DNA of 64,000 nucleotides from an uncultured Halobacteriales archaeon (GTDB taxonomy: Archaea > Thermoplasmatota > E2 > JACPAO01): assembly GCA_964408365.1 (NCBI GenBank), contig CAYOZB010000001.1, forward strand, positions 2,157 to 66,156. Direction: 5' to 3'. Each line of letters opens with the position of its first letter. Positions within the stretch are counted from its first letter, which is position 1. The notes beneath the pieces were generated by a model. The model was not told the origin of the DNA and did no database searches. It saw only the letters and a list, made by a program, of their open reading frames with translations. Shown piece by piece: positions 16,974-27,625 of the stretch. A program made the position numbers and the translations under genes.

Positions 16974-19283
16974 CTACTTGACGGGGACTATGGCGGACGC
17001 CGGGGCCGGGCTCGCCGCGCCTGCCGCGGCCTCGATCTGGACCGCGGTGCCGAGAACGACGAGTACGTCGTGCGCCTTCAGCACTTCGGCGGGCCCTGGG
17101 TTCGTGACGCCTTCGACGCCGCGCTGGATGAGCACCACATGCAGGCCCTGGCGGGCCCGCAACGCGAGCTCCTCCAGGCTCTTGCCGATCCAGGGCGAAT
17201 CCTCCGGGACGACGACGCGTCCGGGCTTCAGTTCCTCGGACGGCAGGTGGAGAGGCATCTTGCGAGCAAGGAGGGCCCGGGCACTTGCGACCTGCTCCGG
17301 GTTGCCCATCAAGGTCAACCGGTCGCCTCCAAGGATCGGAATGTCCTTGGCGGGGATGAGTTGGCCCCCGTTGTCTCGCTCGATGAGGATGATGCTTGCG
17401 CCCGTCGTGCTACGAATCCCCAATTGCTCGACGGTCTTGTCCCTCGCCCAGGCATCGGGCGTGACCACCGCGTGCTCGATGGTCGCCTGCAAGGGGAATT
17501 CGTGCGACAAGAACCCTTGGAGGGCCTCCGGGGCCGAGACGGGCACGTGCTTCGCCTCAAGCAGGGCGCCGACGCTCTCCCGGATGCGGCGATGGAGGCG
17601 TCGGATCTGGGTCCACAGGAGCAACACGGCCCCCGCCACCATCCCGATCCAGATGGCAGCGACGGTCGGTTCTGCGAGGAAAGAGCGTGTCGCGATCACG
17701 AGCGGGAGCCCCAGGAGGACGGTGGCGGCGACCACGAAGCTGTATTGCACGACCCCTCGGACCCCGAGGCCTTTCTGGTCTCCGGAGCGTACGCGGTGCG
17801 CCTCCTCCACCCAACGCCGGCCGGCTCGCTGCATCTCGAACCCAACGGGGAAGAGGAGTGCCGTCACGAAGGCCCAGTACGCGGGGAGCGCCACGCCCAC
17901 GTCAAGGCCCACCTCTTGTTCGAGGAACCGGACGCCGGGCGGTCGAAGAACGGGGGCCGCGCTGATGAGGAGCGCCGCGAGGAGGGCGGCCACGATGGCG
18001 TCGTGCCGGGAGCGGCGCACGGCCTGGGTCTGTTCGGGGCCAGGGCGCTCCCGGACCGAGCGCATCCAGGTGGAGTACACGGAGCCGTAGGTGCGCAGCG
18101 CCGGGAACGCGAGCCGACCCAGGATTCCGCTGATCCTTTCGTCGTGGCGGATGAGAAGGGGGCTCGCGAACGAGGTGATGCCGGCCGTTCCTACGATGAG
18201 CGGGAACAGGAAGGGGCTCATGGTGCCGGTCGCGAGGCCGAGCGCGGCGATGACAAAGCTGAACTCTCCCACTTGGGCAAGCGCGAGGCCCACGGCCACC
18301 GAGGTGGCGGGGGAATAGCCCGCGAGGAAGGTGGCCGCGGTGCCGCTCACGAGCTTCCCGACGACGATGACGGCAACGAGTAGCAAGACCTCGGGTACGT
18401 GGTCGGCGAGAACCGCGAAGTCGACCAGGGTGCCGATGCTTACGAAGAAGATCGCTGCGAAATAGTCGTGCACGGGGCGGACGCGCTCCTCGATGTCCTT
18501 CCGTCGCTTCGCTTCGGAGAGGACGGCGCCCACGACGAAGGCCCCGAGGCCGACGTGGAAGCCCATTGCGGCGCTAAGCGCGGCACCGCCGAGCGCAACG
18601 GCCAGTACGAAGAGAACGAGCACCTCGGGACGAAACCGTTCGGCGATGTGGTCGGCGAGCCGTGGCAATGCGACCAACCCGAACAAGAGGAGCGCCAGTA
18701 GGAAGAGCGTCATCCGCAGAAGGGCAACCAGTGCATCCCGCACGGGGATGTCCCCCGTCGCGGCGTACCCGCTCAGCAAGGCCAGCATGACGACGGCAAC
18801 GACGTCTTCGAGGACGAGAACGGCGAAGATGATCCTTGAAGAATCGGCATCGAGGCGCCCCTGCTCCCGCAGGACGCTCACGATGATCGCGGTGCTGCTG
18901 ATGCTCAGCATGGCGCCGAGGAAGACGGAGTCCACGGGTGACCAGCCGAGAAGATTTCCGGCTTCGTAGCCGAGCCAGAAAACGAACAGCACCTCAAAGA
19001 GCGTGATGAGGAACGCGGCGCCGCCGACCTTGCGAAGTCCCCGCAGGTTGAAGTCGAGGCCGAGCCCGAAGAGGATCAGCACGATGCCGAGGTCGGCGAG
19101 CGTGCGAAGGCTGAACTCGTCTTGGACGAGGGAGAAGGGCGACGTGTGGGGGCCGATGATCACGCCTGCGGCGAGCAGGCCGAAGACCAGCGGGAAGCGG
19201 AGGCGCTGGAATAGCAGGGTCGTGAGGGCCGCGATGACCGTGACGACCGCGAGGTCCTGGAGGAACTGGAATTCGGTCGCCAC
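16974..19283 (-). CDS. CPA2-family monovalent cation:proton antiporter with two C-terminal TrkA-C (RCK_C) domains
   Basis: About 12 TM helices and a Kef/NapA-like fold, followed by two roughly 80-aa RCK_C-like repeats (...DRLTLMGNPEQVASARALL... and ...HDVLVVLGTAVQIEAAAG). Confidence 0.75.
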   Translation of the reverse strand: MATEFQFLQDLAVVTVIAALTTLLFQRLRFPLVFGLLAAGVIIGPHTSPFSLVQDEFSLRTLADLGIVLILFGLGLDFNLRGLRKVGGAAFLITLFEVLFVFWLGYEAGNLLGWSPVDSVFLGAMLSISSTAIIVSVLREQGRLDADSSRIIFAVLVLEDVVAVVMLALLSGYAATGDIPVRDALVALLRMTLFLLALLLFGLVALPRLADHIAERFRPEVLVLFVLAVALGGAALSAAMGFHVGLGAFVVGAVLSEAKRRKDIEERVRPVHDYFAAIFFVSIGTLVDFAVLADHVPEVLLLVAVIVVGKLVSGTAATFLAGYSPATSVAVGLALAQVGEFSFVIAALGLATGTMSPFLFPLIVGTAGITSFASPLLIRHDERISGILGRLAFPALRTYGSVYSTWMRSVRERPGPEQTQAVRRSRHDAIVAALLAALLISAAPVLRPPGVRFLEQEVGLDVGVALPAYWAFVTALLFPVGFEMQRAGRRWVEEAHRVRSGDQKGLGVRGVVQYSFVVAATVLLGLPLVIATRSFLAEPTVAAIWIGMVAGAVLLLWTQIRRLHRRIRESVGALLEAKHVPVSAPEALQGFLSHEFPLQATIEHAVVTPDAWARDKTVEQLGIRSTTGASIILIERDNGGQLIPAKDIPILGGDRLTLMGNPEQVASARALLARKMPLHLPSEELKPGRVVVPEDSPWIGKSLEELALRARQGLHVVLIQRGVEGVTNPGPAEVLKAHDVLVVLGTAVQIEAAAGAASPAPASAIVPVK

Positions 19284-19523
19284 GCCGCCAATGCATCAGG
19301 CGTACGTCGCTAAAGCCTTCCCAAACGGTTCCGAGGGGAGCATTGCCGCCGCTCCCGCTTCTTCCGTTCGCGCCGTCCGAAAAGACAACCAAAAGGGGAA
19401 AATCAGGCGACGCAGACGCACCGTCGCGGGCAAGAACGAGCCACGAACGGAATTTCCTACTTTCACCCAACCCCCCGAACCTGATATCACCCTCGCCGGC
19501 CCAGCAGTCCTGCAGGTCGTGGT

Positions 19524-20660
19524 TTGGTCGAGATTCTCCACGTGTCGGACACACATCTCGGGTTCCAAGCCTACAGCTGCCTCACTCCCGATGGGTTCAA
19601 CCAACGCGAAGTCGACGCGCAAGACGCGTTTCGACGCACGATCGACAACGCAATCGCCAACCCGCCCGACGTCATCGTCCACTCCGGCGACCTTTTCGAC
19701 GTCGTCCGACCCTCGAACCGAGCCATCGCGTTCGCCCTGGAGCACGTGCGCCGCCTGAGCCAAGCCCAGATTCCTTTCGTCCTCGTCTCCGGAAACCACG
19801 AAGCCCCCCGTCTCCGGGAGACCGGCTGCATTTTCCGCATCTTCGATGGATTGCCAAACGTGTACTCCGTCTACCGCGGACAATACGAAGCCCTGACCCT
19901 CGACACCCGAGGCGGCCCGGTCACCGTGCACGGCGTCCCGCAGACGTTGGCCCAGGCCGACTTCTCGCAGGAATTGCTTCGCGCCGCACCCGCCGGTCCG
20001 GGCCAACAGATCCTCGTCGCCCACGGCACCGTCGCCGGCGTCGACGGTTTGTTCATGCACGAGCTCAACGAACTCACCATCCCCCACAACGCCCTCCGAC
20101 CTGACTACGACTACGTCGCCCTCGGACACTTCCACAACCACCGACGCATCGGCGACAATGCCGCGTACGCCGGCTCGACGGAACGCACCTCCTTCTCGGA
20201 AGCCCTGGAAGAGAAAGTGTTCCTGCGCGTCACCCTCAGCGGCGGCCTGCCCCGGATCAAAACGATCTCCAGCGAAGCCCGACCGATGCGGGACGCGGGA
20301 GTCCTGGATGCTTACGGCTTCGATTCGCGCCAAATCGCGGACGAGGCCGCCCAGCGATTGTCCGCCGTCACCCTGCCCGGCGCGATCGTCCGACTCAAAG
20401 TCGTCGGCATGGAACCCTCGACCCTACGGACCCTGGACGTCGAAGCGGTCAAAGCGGCGGCAAGCAACGCCCTGCACGTCGACCTGCGGTTCGAACCCCG
20501 CATGGACGAACACGCCACCCAATCGGTGCCGGAACTGGGATCCATGGAAGCCGAACTCGACGCGTTCCTCTCCACGCGACCCATCGTCGGCATCGACCGA
20601 GAACTCGTTGCGGCCCAGGCCCGGATCTATTTGCGCGGGGAGGCCGACCGTGCGGCTTAA
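19524..20660 (+). CDS. mre11: Mre11 DNA double-strand-break repair nuclease
   Basis: Phosphoesterase motifs I-III HVSDTHLG, GDLFD, GNHE. TTG start as in the track (an in-frame GTG lies 6 nt upstream). Its stop overlaps the Rad50 GTG. Confidence 0.8.
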   Translation: MVEILHVSDTHLGFQAYSCLTPDGFNQREVDAQDAFRRTIDNAIANPPDVIVHSGDLFDVVRPSNRAIAFALEHVRRLSQAQIPFVLVSGNHEAPRLRETGCIFRIFDGLPNVYSVYRGQYEALTLDTRGGPVTVHGVPQTLAQADFSQELLRAAPAGPGQQILVAHGTVAGVDGLFMHELNELTIPHNALRPDYDYVALGHFHNHRRIGDNAAYAGSTERTSFSEALEEKVFLRVTLSGGLPRIKTISSEARPMRDAGVLDAYGFDSRQIADEAAQRLSAVTLPGAIVRLKVVGMEPSTLRTLDVEAVKAAASNALHVDLRFEPRMDEHATQSVPELGSMEAELDAFLSTRPIVGIDRELVAAQARIYLRGEADRAA

Positions 20661-23130
20661 CCGACTGCGACTCGTCAATTACCGCCGATTCGCGGACGCC
20701 GAAGTCGAATTCCCCGACGGCCTCATCGGCATCGTCGGCCGAAACGGGGCCGGCAAGTCCTCCATGCTGGAATCCGTTCTTTGGGCCCTCTTCGGGCACG
20801 AAGCGGCACGGACCAACAAAGAACTCGTCAAACGCCAAGCCGCCGCCCCCGGCGAAGACGTAGTCGTCCGTCTCGAATTCGAGATCGAGGGCATCCAACA
20901 CACAATCACCCGCCGTTTGCGCGGCCGGTCCTTGCAACCCGAGGCGGCCGTCGAATCGGCCGGCGTCCTCGTCGTCGCGCCCGGGCCGAATTCCTGGGAG
21001 CAGGCCAACCTACTCATTATGCGCATCCTCGGCTTCGACCGCTCCTCCTTCGAATCCACCGTCGTCGCCAAACAAGGCGAACTCGCCGCCCTCTCCGAAT
21101 TGCGACCCGCCCAGCGAAAAAAAGTCCTCCTGGGACTCCTCGGCATCGACCGCATCGACCACGCGGTCCAACACGCCCGCTCCGACGGAAGGATCCTCGA
21201 CGCGCGCCTCGGCGAGGCCCGCCGGTCCTTGACGGACGAGGATGCGCTGCGCGCCGAACTCAAGACCACCGACAACGAGCTCGCCATCGCGAAGGCGGCA
21301 CTCTCGAAGGCCGAGACGGACGCCGACGCGACCCGGCGCCGCCTCGGGGGCGTCCAACATGCTGCCGACGACCTCCTCGCTCGAAAGATCAAGGACCAAG
21401 AACTCCGCATCCGACTCCAAGCCCTCCAGTCGCGACTCGAATCCATCTGGGGTCAACGCACGCGACTCGGGGCCGAAGCCCATCTGGCCCGCGAACGCAT
21501 CGCCCAAGCGCCCGAACTGCGTTCTAGACTCGGAACGTTGGGCGATCTCGACGAGCGCGTCGTGACGTTCGAACGGCTTCGGAACCAAGTCGCGCGGCGG
21601 GCGGAACTTTCGGGTCGGCACACCCGGGCCGCCGCCGAGTTCGCCGCCCTTTCGCAATCAACGCCCCCATCGTTCGCGCCCATGGAAGCAGACGTCCGCG
21701 CCCGAGTGGCGAAACTCCAGCGGGAAACCGACGAAATCTCGACCTCGCAGGGCCGGCTCGAAGCAGAGCGCGCCGGGTTGACCACCGTCCTCGCCGAGGC
21801 AAAACCGACCGCCTTGGACCGCTCGCCCGAATGGACCGCCGACGACTGCTGCCCGACCTGCGGACGCGAACTTGCCGACGCGGCCGACCGCCTTCGCCAC
21901 CAATTCCAAGAAGCATTGCAAACGTGGGACGCGTCTCGCCAGACCCTCAAGGCGCGCCTCAACGCCGTAACGACGGAACTGGCTGACTTGGCCGCTCGTC
22001 GCCGGAAAAACGCATCGGAACGAACCAAGACCGAAGCCGCCCTCCGAACGCTGCAACAGAACGCCACGGCGGACGCGGTCCGACAGGCACGACTCGCCCG
22101 GCTCGAACAAGACGTCGCAGAACTCGCGGGGCAGGTCGCTGCCCTTCCCGAACCCGAGTTTGATCCTGCGGAACACGAACGCCTCCTGGTTGCCCGCGCG
22201 GAACGCGACAATTTGCGCGACGCAGTCTCACGCATCGAGGAAACGGAGCGCCGATTATCCCGAATGCAGGACGAAGACCGACTCCTTGCCGCCCAAGAAC
22301 AAGAAATCATCCGCGACCGGGAGACCTCCAGCCGTGAACTCCGGACGCTGACCTACGAGGCTGGATCGTGGGAGAGGACACACGCGGAAGCCGAAACGTT
22401 GCGCCAGCGCGCGGAAGCCGCCGAACGCGACATGATCCAATGGCGCGAACGCTGTGAGGCCCGAACCCGCCAACGAACCCGCATCACGGAAGCCCTTGCA
22501 AAACTCGACGGACGCCGGAAAGAGGTCAAGGAACTCGAAGAAGGCCTTCGGTTGTTGGAGATCCTCGCGGCCCGACGCGGCGAAGACGGCCTCCTGCCCG
22601 AGTTCCGGACCCACCTCATCGGCCGACTACGGCCCGCCTTGAGCCGCGCCGCGGGCCAACTCTTGGGCCAAATGACCCAAGGAACGTACGCGGACCTTGT
22701 CCTCGACGAGGAATATGGGGCCTCGCTCTTCGACAATGGAGTCTCCCATCCCCTCGAACGATTCTCCGGCGGAGAAGTCGACATCTGCAACCTTGCTCTT
22801 CGCCTTGCGGTGAGCGAACTGGTCGCGAACGCCCGGGGCCGAAGCCGACTCCAGTTCATCGCCCTCGACGAAGTCCTCGGGTCACAAGACGAGGAGCGGC
22901 GTGGCCTGATCCTCGTCGCGTTGAACTCGTTGGCGAACGTGTTCCGCCAGGTCTTCGTCGTGACGCACACGGAAGACATCCGCGAACGGCTCGAACATGT
23001 CCTTCGCGTGGAAGACGCGGGAGATGGAACGAGCCGGTTCGTCACGACGTGGGACTCCAGCCCGCCGCGGCCTCCCGAGACCTTGCCGAAGGCGCCCGAG
23101 ACGACGTTGCTGGCGCCTGCACGCGCATAA
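20650..23130 (+). CDS. rad50: Rad50 ATPase
   Basis: Walker A GRNGAGKSS, long coiled coil with zinc hook CPTCGREL, signature FSGGE, Walker B/D-loop FIALDEVLGSQD. GTG start (VRLNRLRLVNYRRF) overlaps the mre11 stop by about 11 nt. The 5' part of track ORF 20158.. is a different-frame artefact. Confidence 0.8.
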   Translation: MRLNRLRLVNYRRFADAEVEFPDGLIGIVGRNGAGKSSMLESVLWALFGHEAARTNKELVKRQAAAPGEDVVVRLEFEIEGIQHTITRRLRGRSLQPEAAVESAGVLVVAPGPNSWEQANLLIMRILGFDRSSFESTVVAKQGELAALSELRPAQRKKVLLGLLGIDRIDHAVQHARSDGRILDARLGEARRSLTDEDALRAELKTTDNELAIAKAALSKAETDADATRRRLGGVQHAADDLLARKIKDQELRIRLQALQSRLESIWGQRTRLGAEAHLARERIAQAPELRSRLGTLGDLDERVVTFERLRNQVARRAELSGRHTRAAAEFAALSQSTPPSFAPMEADVRARVAKLQRETDEISTSQGRLEAERAGLTTVLAEAKPTALDRSPEWTADDCCPTCGRELADAADRLRHQFQEALQTWDASRQTLKARLNAVTTELADLAARRRKNASERTKTEAALRTLQQNATADAVRQARLARLEQDVAELAGQVAALPEPEFDPAEHERLLVARAERDNLRDAVSRIEETERRLSRMQDEDRLLAAQEQEIIRDRETSSRELRTLTYEAGSWERTHAEAETLRQRAEAAERDMIQWRERCEARTRQRTRITEALAKLDGRRKEVKELEEGLRLLEILAARRGEDGLLPEFRTHLIGRLRPALSRAAGQLLGQMTQGTYADLVLDEEYGASLFDNGVSHPLERFSGGEVDICNLALRLAVSELVANARGRSRLQFIALDEVLGSQDEERRGLILVALNSLANVFRQVFVVTHTEDIRERLEHVLRVEDAGDGTSRFVTTWDSSPPRPPETLPKAPETTLLAPARA

Positions 23131-23175
23131 CCGTCGATGCGAGGGTTCTAACCGGTTTCGCCGTTTCCGGGGCCC

Positions 23176-24555
23176 GTGTTCGAGGGCCTCCTCAAGAAAT
23201 CGCTCCAGGAAGGAGCGACGTACGCCGATCTTCGTCATCAGACCATTTCGACGCACGGGTTGGAGATGCGCAACGGCAAGATCGAGCGCGCGATCGGCGG
23301 CAAGGAAGAAGGCATCGGCATCCAAGTCCTGTACAAAGGAGGCTGGGGATTCTATGCGACGAACGTCGCCACCATCGCAGCCCTCGACGACGCGTTGCAG
23401 AGCGCGTTGACTTCCGCGAAGGCCGCGGCGAAGCACATCGGCGAGAGGAACAAGCTCGCCGACGACGAGGCCCGGACGGCGACCGTGTTGTGGAAGCCGA
23501 AGAAGAACCCGGACGACGTGGACGCGAAGGACAAAGAAGAGGTGGTCCGGATCATGCACGGCGCGGTCAAGGAGCAAAAAGAGGTCAAGAGCACGACCGG
23601 CTCCTATGGCGACCGCACAACGCACCAGGTCTTCTACAACTCCGAGGGCGCCCACGTCGAGACGCAGGTGACCCGAAGTGTCGCCCAGGTGCATTTCATC
23701 GCGCGCGCCGAGGGTCGCGTCACGAGTCGCCGGATCCGCGTCGGCGCGGCTGCCGGCTTCGAACTCTTTACCGACGTCGACGTGGAGAAAAAGGCGCGAG
23801 AGGCGGCCGAATCCACGATCCGACTCCTTCGCGCCCCGGCGGCTCCGAGCGGCCGGATGACCGTCGTGACGGATCCAGAACTCACGGGAGTGTTCTCCCA
23901 CGAAGCCGTGGGCCACGCCTCCGAAGGCGATTTGGTCGCGGCGGGCGAATCCTGCCTTGAAGGAAAGATCGGGCAAAAGATCGGTTCTGAGCTCGTCACA
24001 TTGGTCGACGATGGTACCATCAAGGGCTCCTTCGGCTCGGCCCCGTACGACGATCATGGGGTCCCCATGCAGCGACGCGTCCTCGTCGAGAACGGCGTGT
24101 TCAAACGGTACCTCACGGACCGCGTCGCCGGCGGCAAACTTGGGTTCCGCTCGACCGGCTCCGCCCGCGCCGAGTCATACAGTTCGCGGCCGTTGGTCCG
24201 GATGACGAACACGTTCATCGAGAAAGGCGACCTTTCCTTCGACGAACTGGTCGCGGACGTCAAGGACGGCGTCTACGCCGTCGGAAGCCGCGGCGGCCAG
24301 GTCGACACCGCCAAGGGATCGTTCCAGTTCTCCGCCCAGGAAGCATATCGGATCCGCAAGGGCCGCATCGTGGGACCGCTTCGGGACGTGAGCCTGACTG
24401 GGTTCACGTTGGAAACCTTGTCGAACATCGACGGGGTGTCCAAGGAATGGGCCCTCGGCGACCCTGGCTACTGCGGCAAAGGCCAATACGTGCCCGTCGG
24501 GGACGGCGGACCGCATCTTCGCATCCGCAACGCGATCGTGGGAGGCACGGCATGA
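23176..24555 (+). CDS. tldD: TldD-family metalloprotease
   Basis: HEAVGHASEGD motif; about 460 aa; GTG start. Confidence 0.75.
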   Translation: MFEGLLKKSLQEGATYADLRHQTISTHGLEMRNGKIERAIGGKEEGIGIQVLYKGGWGFYATNVATIAALDDALQSALTSAKAAAKHIGERNKLADDEARTATVLWKPKKNPDDVDAKDKEEVVRIMHGAVKEQKEVKSTTGSYGDRTTHQVFYNSEGAHVETQVTRSVAQVHFIARAEGRVTSRRIRVGAAAGFELFTDVDVEKKAREAAESTIRLLRAPAAPSGRMTVVTDPELTGVFSHEAVGHASEGDLVAAGESCLEGKIGQKIGSELVTLVDDGTIKGSFGSAPYDDHGVPMQRRVLVENGVFKRYLTDRVAGGKLGFRSTGSARAESYSSRPLVRMTNTFIEKGDLSFDELVADVKDGVYAVGSRGGQVDTAKGSFQFSAQEAYRIRKGRIVGPLRDVSLTGFTLETLSNIDGVSKEWALGDPGYCGKGQYVPVGDGGPHLRIRNAIVGGTA

Positions 24556-25916
24556 GCGCGGGAAACCTCCTTCGCACGGCTGAGAAAATCGTCGCCTATG
24601 CGACGCGGCACGGAGCGGACGTCGCGGAAGCGTTCGTCGAACGCAGCAACAGCGGCACGGTGCGCATCGAGAAGAACCACGTCGGCGGGATCGAGGCCGA
24701 CACCACGTACGGGATCGGATTGCGGATCGTGAAGGACAAACGCGTCGGGTTCTCGCATCTCACGAGCGAGGAAGACGTGGCGGCTGCGTTGAAGGACGCG
24801 TTGGGGAATGCGAAGCTCGCCAAGCGGTTGCCGGCCTTTGCGCTTCCTTCGTCCAACAAGATGCCGCGCATCTCCGGGATTTTCGACCCGAAGATCGCAG
24901 CACTCTCCGGGCCGGACATCATCGAGCTCTCCATGGAAATGGTGCGCGGCGCCCACGATGTGCGCGCCGGCCTCAACGTCACCGAAGCGGGGGCCTCTTT
25001 CGGTCAGATGGAGAACGCCATCGCGAACTCCGAAGGGCTTGCCGTCTCGAGCCGCGAGACGAGCATCGGGGCAAGCTGTTTCGTCGTCCAAAGCCAAGAA
25101 GGGATCTCGACCGGGTCCGCGAACCGTGAATCCACCCGTTTGAACCTCAACACGAAGAAGCTCGGCGCCGAAGCCGCGCAACTTGCTCTCGATGGGCGAA
25201 AGCCGAAGAAACTGGAAGGAGCCGGTCGACGCATCTTGGTGTTAAAGCCGGATCCTGCCGCCGACTTGATCGGTACCTTGACCGTGCCGTCCCTCTACGG
25301 AAGATCGGCGATGCGCGGCGAATCCTTCTACTCCAAGAAGGTGGGCAAGAAAGTGGCGCATTCGAAGATCTCGTTGATCGATGATCCCACCGTAGAGAAC
25401 GGGTTGGGTTCGTCGCCGTTTGATGACGAAGGCGAGGTCAGTCGACCGTTCTTCGCGATCAAGAACGGCGTCCTCAAGACGTTCCTCTTTGACCGCAGCG
25501 CGGGCGCGGAGTTCAAGAGCAAACCCACTTCGTCCGCGTTGCGCGTCCACCCGTTTGATGGTCGCAGTTACAAGAGTCCCCCGGGCATCAGCGCGCGAAA
25601 CGTCCGATTGGGAGCCCCCTCACGGGCGACTGAGAGCCTCATCGCCGGCGTGGACGATGGTCTTCTCGTGCACGACCTTATGGGAGTCCATACGGCGAAC
25701 ACCGTGAGCGGCGATTTCAGCGTCACGTCGACCGTCCTGTTTCGGATCATCAAGGGGTCCGTCGAAGGCCCCGTCGAGCCGGTTTCCGTCGCCGGGAACC
25801 TCCACCAAGCCTTGCGGGAAGGGCTCGTATTGGGTGACGACCTTAAGCAGACGTCCGGGGAAGCCGTGATCGAGATGCCGAGCACGCGGTTCGAGTCCTT
25901 CACCGTCACGCCCTAA
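24552..25916 (+). CDS. pmbA: PmbA/TldE-family protein (TldD partner)
   Basis: Starts MSAGNLLRTAEKIVAYA with ATG overlapping the tldD TGA (ATGA) and GGAGG 6 nt upstream. TldD/PmbA-fold C-terminal region. Confidence 0.7.
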   Translation: MSAGNLLRTAEKIVAYATRHGADVAEAFVERSNSGTVRIEKNHVGGIEADTTYGIGLRIVKDKRVGFSHLTSEEDVAAALKDALGNAKLAKRLPAFALPSSNKMPRISGIFDPKIAALSGPDIIELSMEMVRGAHDVRAGLNVTEAGASFGQMENAIANSEGLAVSSRETSIGASCFVVQSQEGISTGSANRESTRLNLNTKKLGAEAAQLALDGRKPKKLEGAGRRILVLKPDPAADLIGTLTVPSLYGRSAMRGESFYSKKVGKKVAHSKISLIDDPTVENGLGSSPFDDEGEVSRPFFAIKNGVLKTFLFDRSAGAEFKSKPTSSALRVHPFDGRSYKSPPGISARNVRLGAPSRATESLIAGVDDGLLVHDLMGVHTANTVSGDFSVTSTVLFRIIKGSVEGPVEPVSVAGNLHQALREGLVLGDDLKQTSGEAVIEMPSTRFESFTVTP

Positions 25917-26083
25917 TCCTGGCTCGAAGGGCATTGAAAAGCGATCAACCACGGGTCCCCCGTACACCGCGGCGGGTCGTGAAGCGCGCAACGCTTACCG
26001 ACCCGCCGCGCAAGTTTGGGGATGCGGCTAAGGGAGCGGCCAGGCCATCTGCTTCAACCCCCCTCGCAGCCGCATGCAGGCTT

Positions 26084-26389
26084 CTACCCGATGCAGCCGC
26101 CGTCGTAGTCGTTCTCGTCGCCGACGTCGGAGGTGACGACGTGGGCTGCCCAACAGGCGCGGTCGGCTCCGATGTTGGTCAACCAGCTGAGCACTGCGAG
26201 TCCAAAGTCTGCGACGCAAAGTGCCTCGTTGACGACAAGGTCGACGGGAGAACCTGACCAGCACGGCGGCTCTCCCGTGGCAGGGACATCGGGCGAATCG
26301 GGGGCATCGTGCGGCGTGTGAATCGGATGTGCCGTAACAGACGGCAAGCCGAGGACGGCCGCTGTTAGAATCGCGATTCCTACCCACAT
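26084..26389 (-). CDS. Small secreted Cys-containing protein (about 101 aa), unknown
   Basis: MWVGIAILTAAVLGLPSVTAHP signal peptide, then a 4-Cys mature region. Only this frame is protein-like in the 25.9-26.5 kb gap. Confidence 0.3.
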   Translation of the reverse strand: MWVGIAILTAAVLGLPSVTAHPIHTPHDAPDSPDVPATGEPPCWSGSPVDLVVNEALCVADFGLAVLSWLTNIGADRACWAAHVVTSDVGDENDYDGGCIG

Positions 26390-26513
26390 CTTTCGATTGG
26401 TGGTTGGTGCCACGGCGCCCCCGGGTTACCATCGGGATATCTAGTCTTCCGCGACCAACCTGGCACCCGGGAGGGAACACATATGAATTCCTTATTGAAC
26501 CTCTGAACGTAGG

Positions 26514-27521
26514 ATGGCAACCGAACCCAGAATTGCCCGGGCAGCTCCGGTTGTGCTGATTCTTGTCGCGGCAGCTCTTCTTTCTGCGGGCTGTCTCGAA
26601 CGCGATGCAGACGGGTTGCCGGGCCAGAATGATCCCCGTCGGGCCGGCAAGGCCGCCGCGGCTGAGCACGTTTTGAGTTCAGCGGATGCGCTAGACATTA
26701 GAGAAGGGGATCTGATGGACATCCACCTCCGTGGCGTCGGATGGGGCCGGCTCGTCATTCGGACTCAGGTTCCGACGACCGTCAACATTACGGTGTCCCA
26801 TTCCGAAATCGATCTGGAGAATCCCACTGGCCCGGCGCAGGGGAAGTACGACGAACGAAATCATACTCAAGTTTACTTCTTCCCTGACGGGGGCGCTCCG
26901 ACCGAGCCCAACTCCTTCCTATTTGAATGGCTCGGGCTCCCTCGCAACGCTTCGAGGGGCTTTGTTGGCGCCGCCCGCGGTTCGCTCGAGGTCACTCCCG
27001 AAAATCCAGGAGTCATCGTCGTCGCCACGTCTGTTCAAGGCTACCGAATTGAGCTCCAAGCCGGCGTGGCATCAAGTTTTCTGTCCCGCGACTGGAAACT
27101 TGCCCCTCACGAGGGGTACGCCTTTGAGGTTCCCACTCCATCCATCACCGCAGCGGTCGATGACGACTTGGCCCGCGTGAGCGTTGTTCGTGATTGGACG
27201 ACGGGAAGCCTCGACCTTAACCCGTCTCTTTTGATCGCTTTCCAATGGACGATAAGCGGACCTGATTCGTTCTCCGCGGGCGTAATCCGCAATGAACTTG
27301 CTATCCGCGAGCAGCGCCCGGCCGATGATCCGCGACGTGGACTGAGCATCGACGCCCCGAACACGCCGATTGTCTCCGTGAGTGGAGGATCGTTTTTCCT
27401 ACGACGGATCGTGGCCGAGCCGACGACGTTGGAGATGTATCGTCATCTTGAGGTCACGACTGTGGGCCCGGACACCCAAATCTACGGCGCCTCGTTCCTT
27501 TCCATACCTCTTTACCCCTAA
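26514..27521 (+). CDS. Secreted lipoprotein, unknown function
   Basis: MATEPRIARAAPVVLILVAAALLSAGC (lipobox-like). Beta-rich 335-aa protein. Confidence 0.45.
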   Translation: MATEPRIARAAPVVLILVAAALLSAGCLERDADGLPGQNDPRRAGKAAAAEHVLSSADALDIREGDLMDIHLRGVGWGRLVIRTQVPTTVNITVSHSEIDLENPTGPAQGKYDERNHTQVYFFPDGGAPTEPNSFLFEWLGLPRNASRGFVGAARGSLEVTPENPGVIVVATSVQGYRIELQAGVASSFLSRDWKLAPHEGYAFEVPTPSITAAVDDDLARVSVVRDWTTGSLDLNPSLLIAFQWTISGPDSFSAGVIRNELAIREQRPADDPRRGLSIDAPNTPIVSVSGGSFFLRRIVAEPTTLEMYRHLEVTTVGPDTQIYGASFLSIPLYP

Positions 27522-27625
27522 AGGGCAACGGCGGGGAATCCCTGGGCGATAAGTAAGAGGCGCGTGCAAGCGGCCCCCGCCCCTCGGGGCAAGGTTTTCA
27601 ACAATAGCGGTCATCGGCACGCCGA

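Noticed and set aside
17070-18383. 437-aa plus-strand ORF
   Set aside because: Antisense to the CPA2 antiporter; Arg/Gly/Asp-rich.
20158-20649. 5' 164 codons of the rad50 track ORF
   Set aside because: Overlaps the 3' half of mre11 in another frame; Pro/Ser/Arg-rich. Rad50 homology (Walker A) starts right after the GTG at 20650.
20679-23045. Three long minus-strand ORFs (255, 285, 230 aa)
   Set aside because: All antisense to rad50; Ser/Arg/Ala low-complexity.
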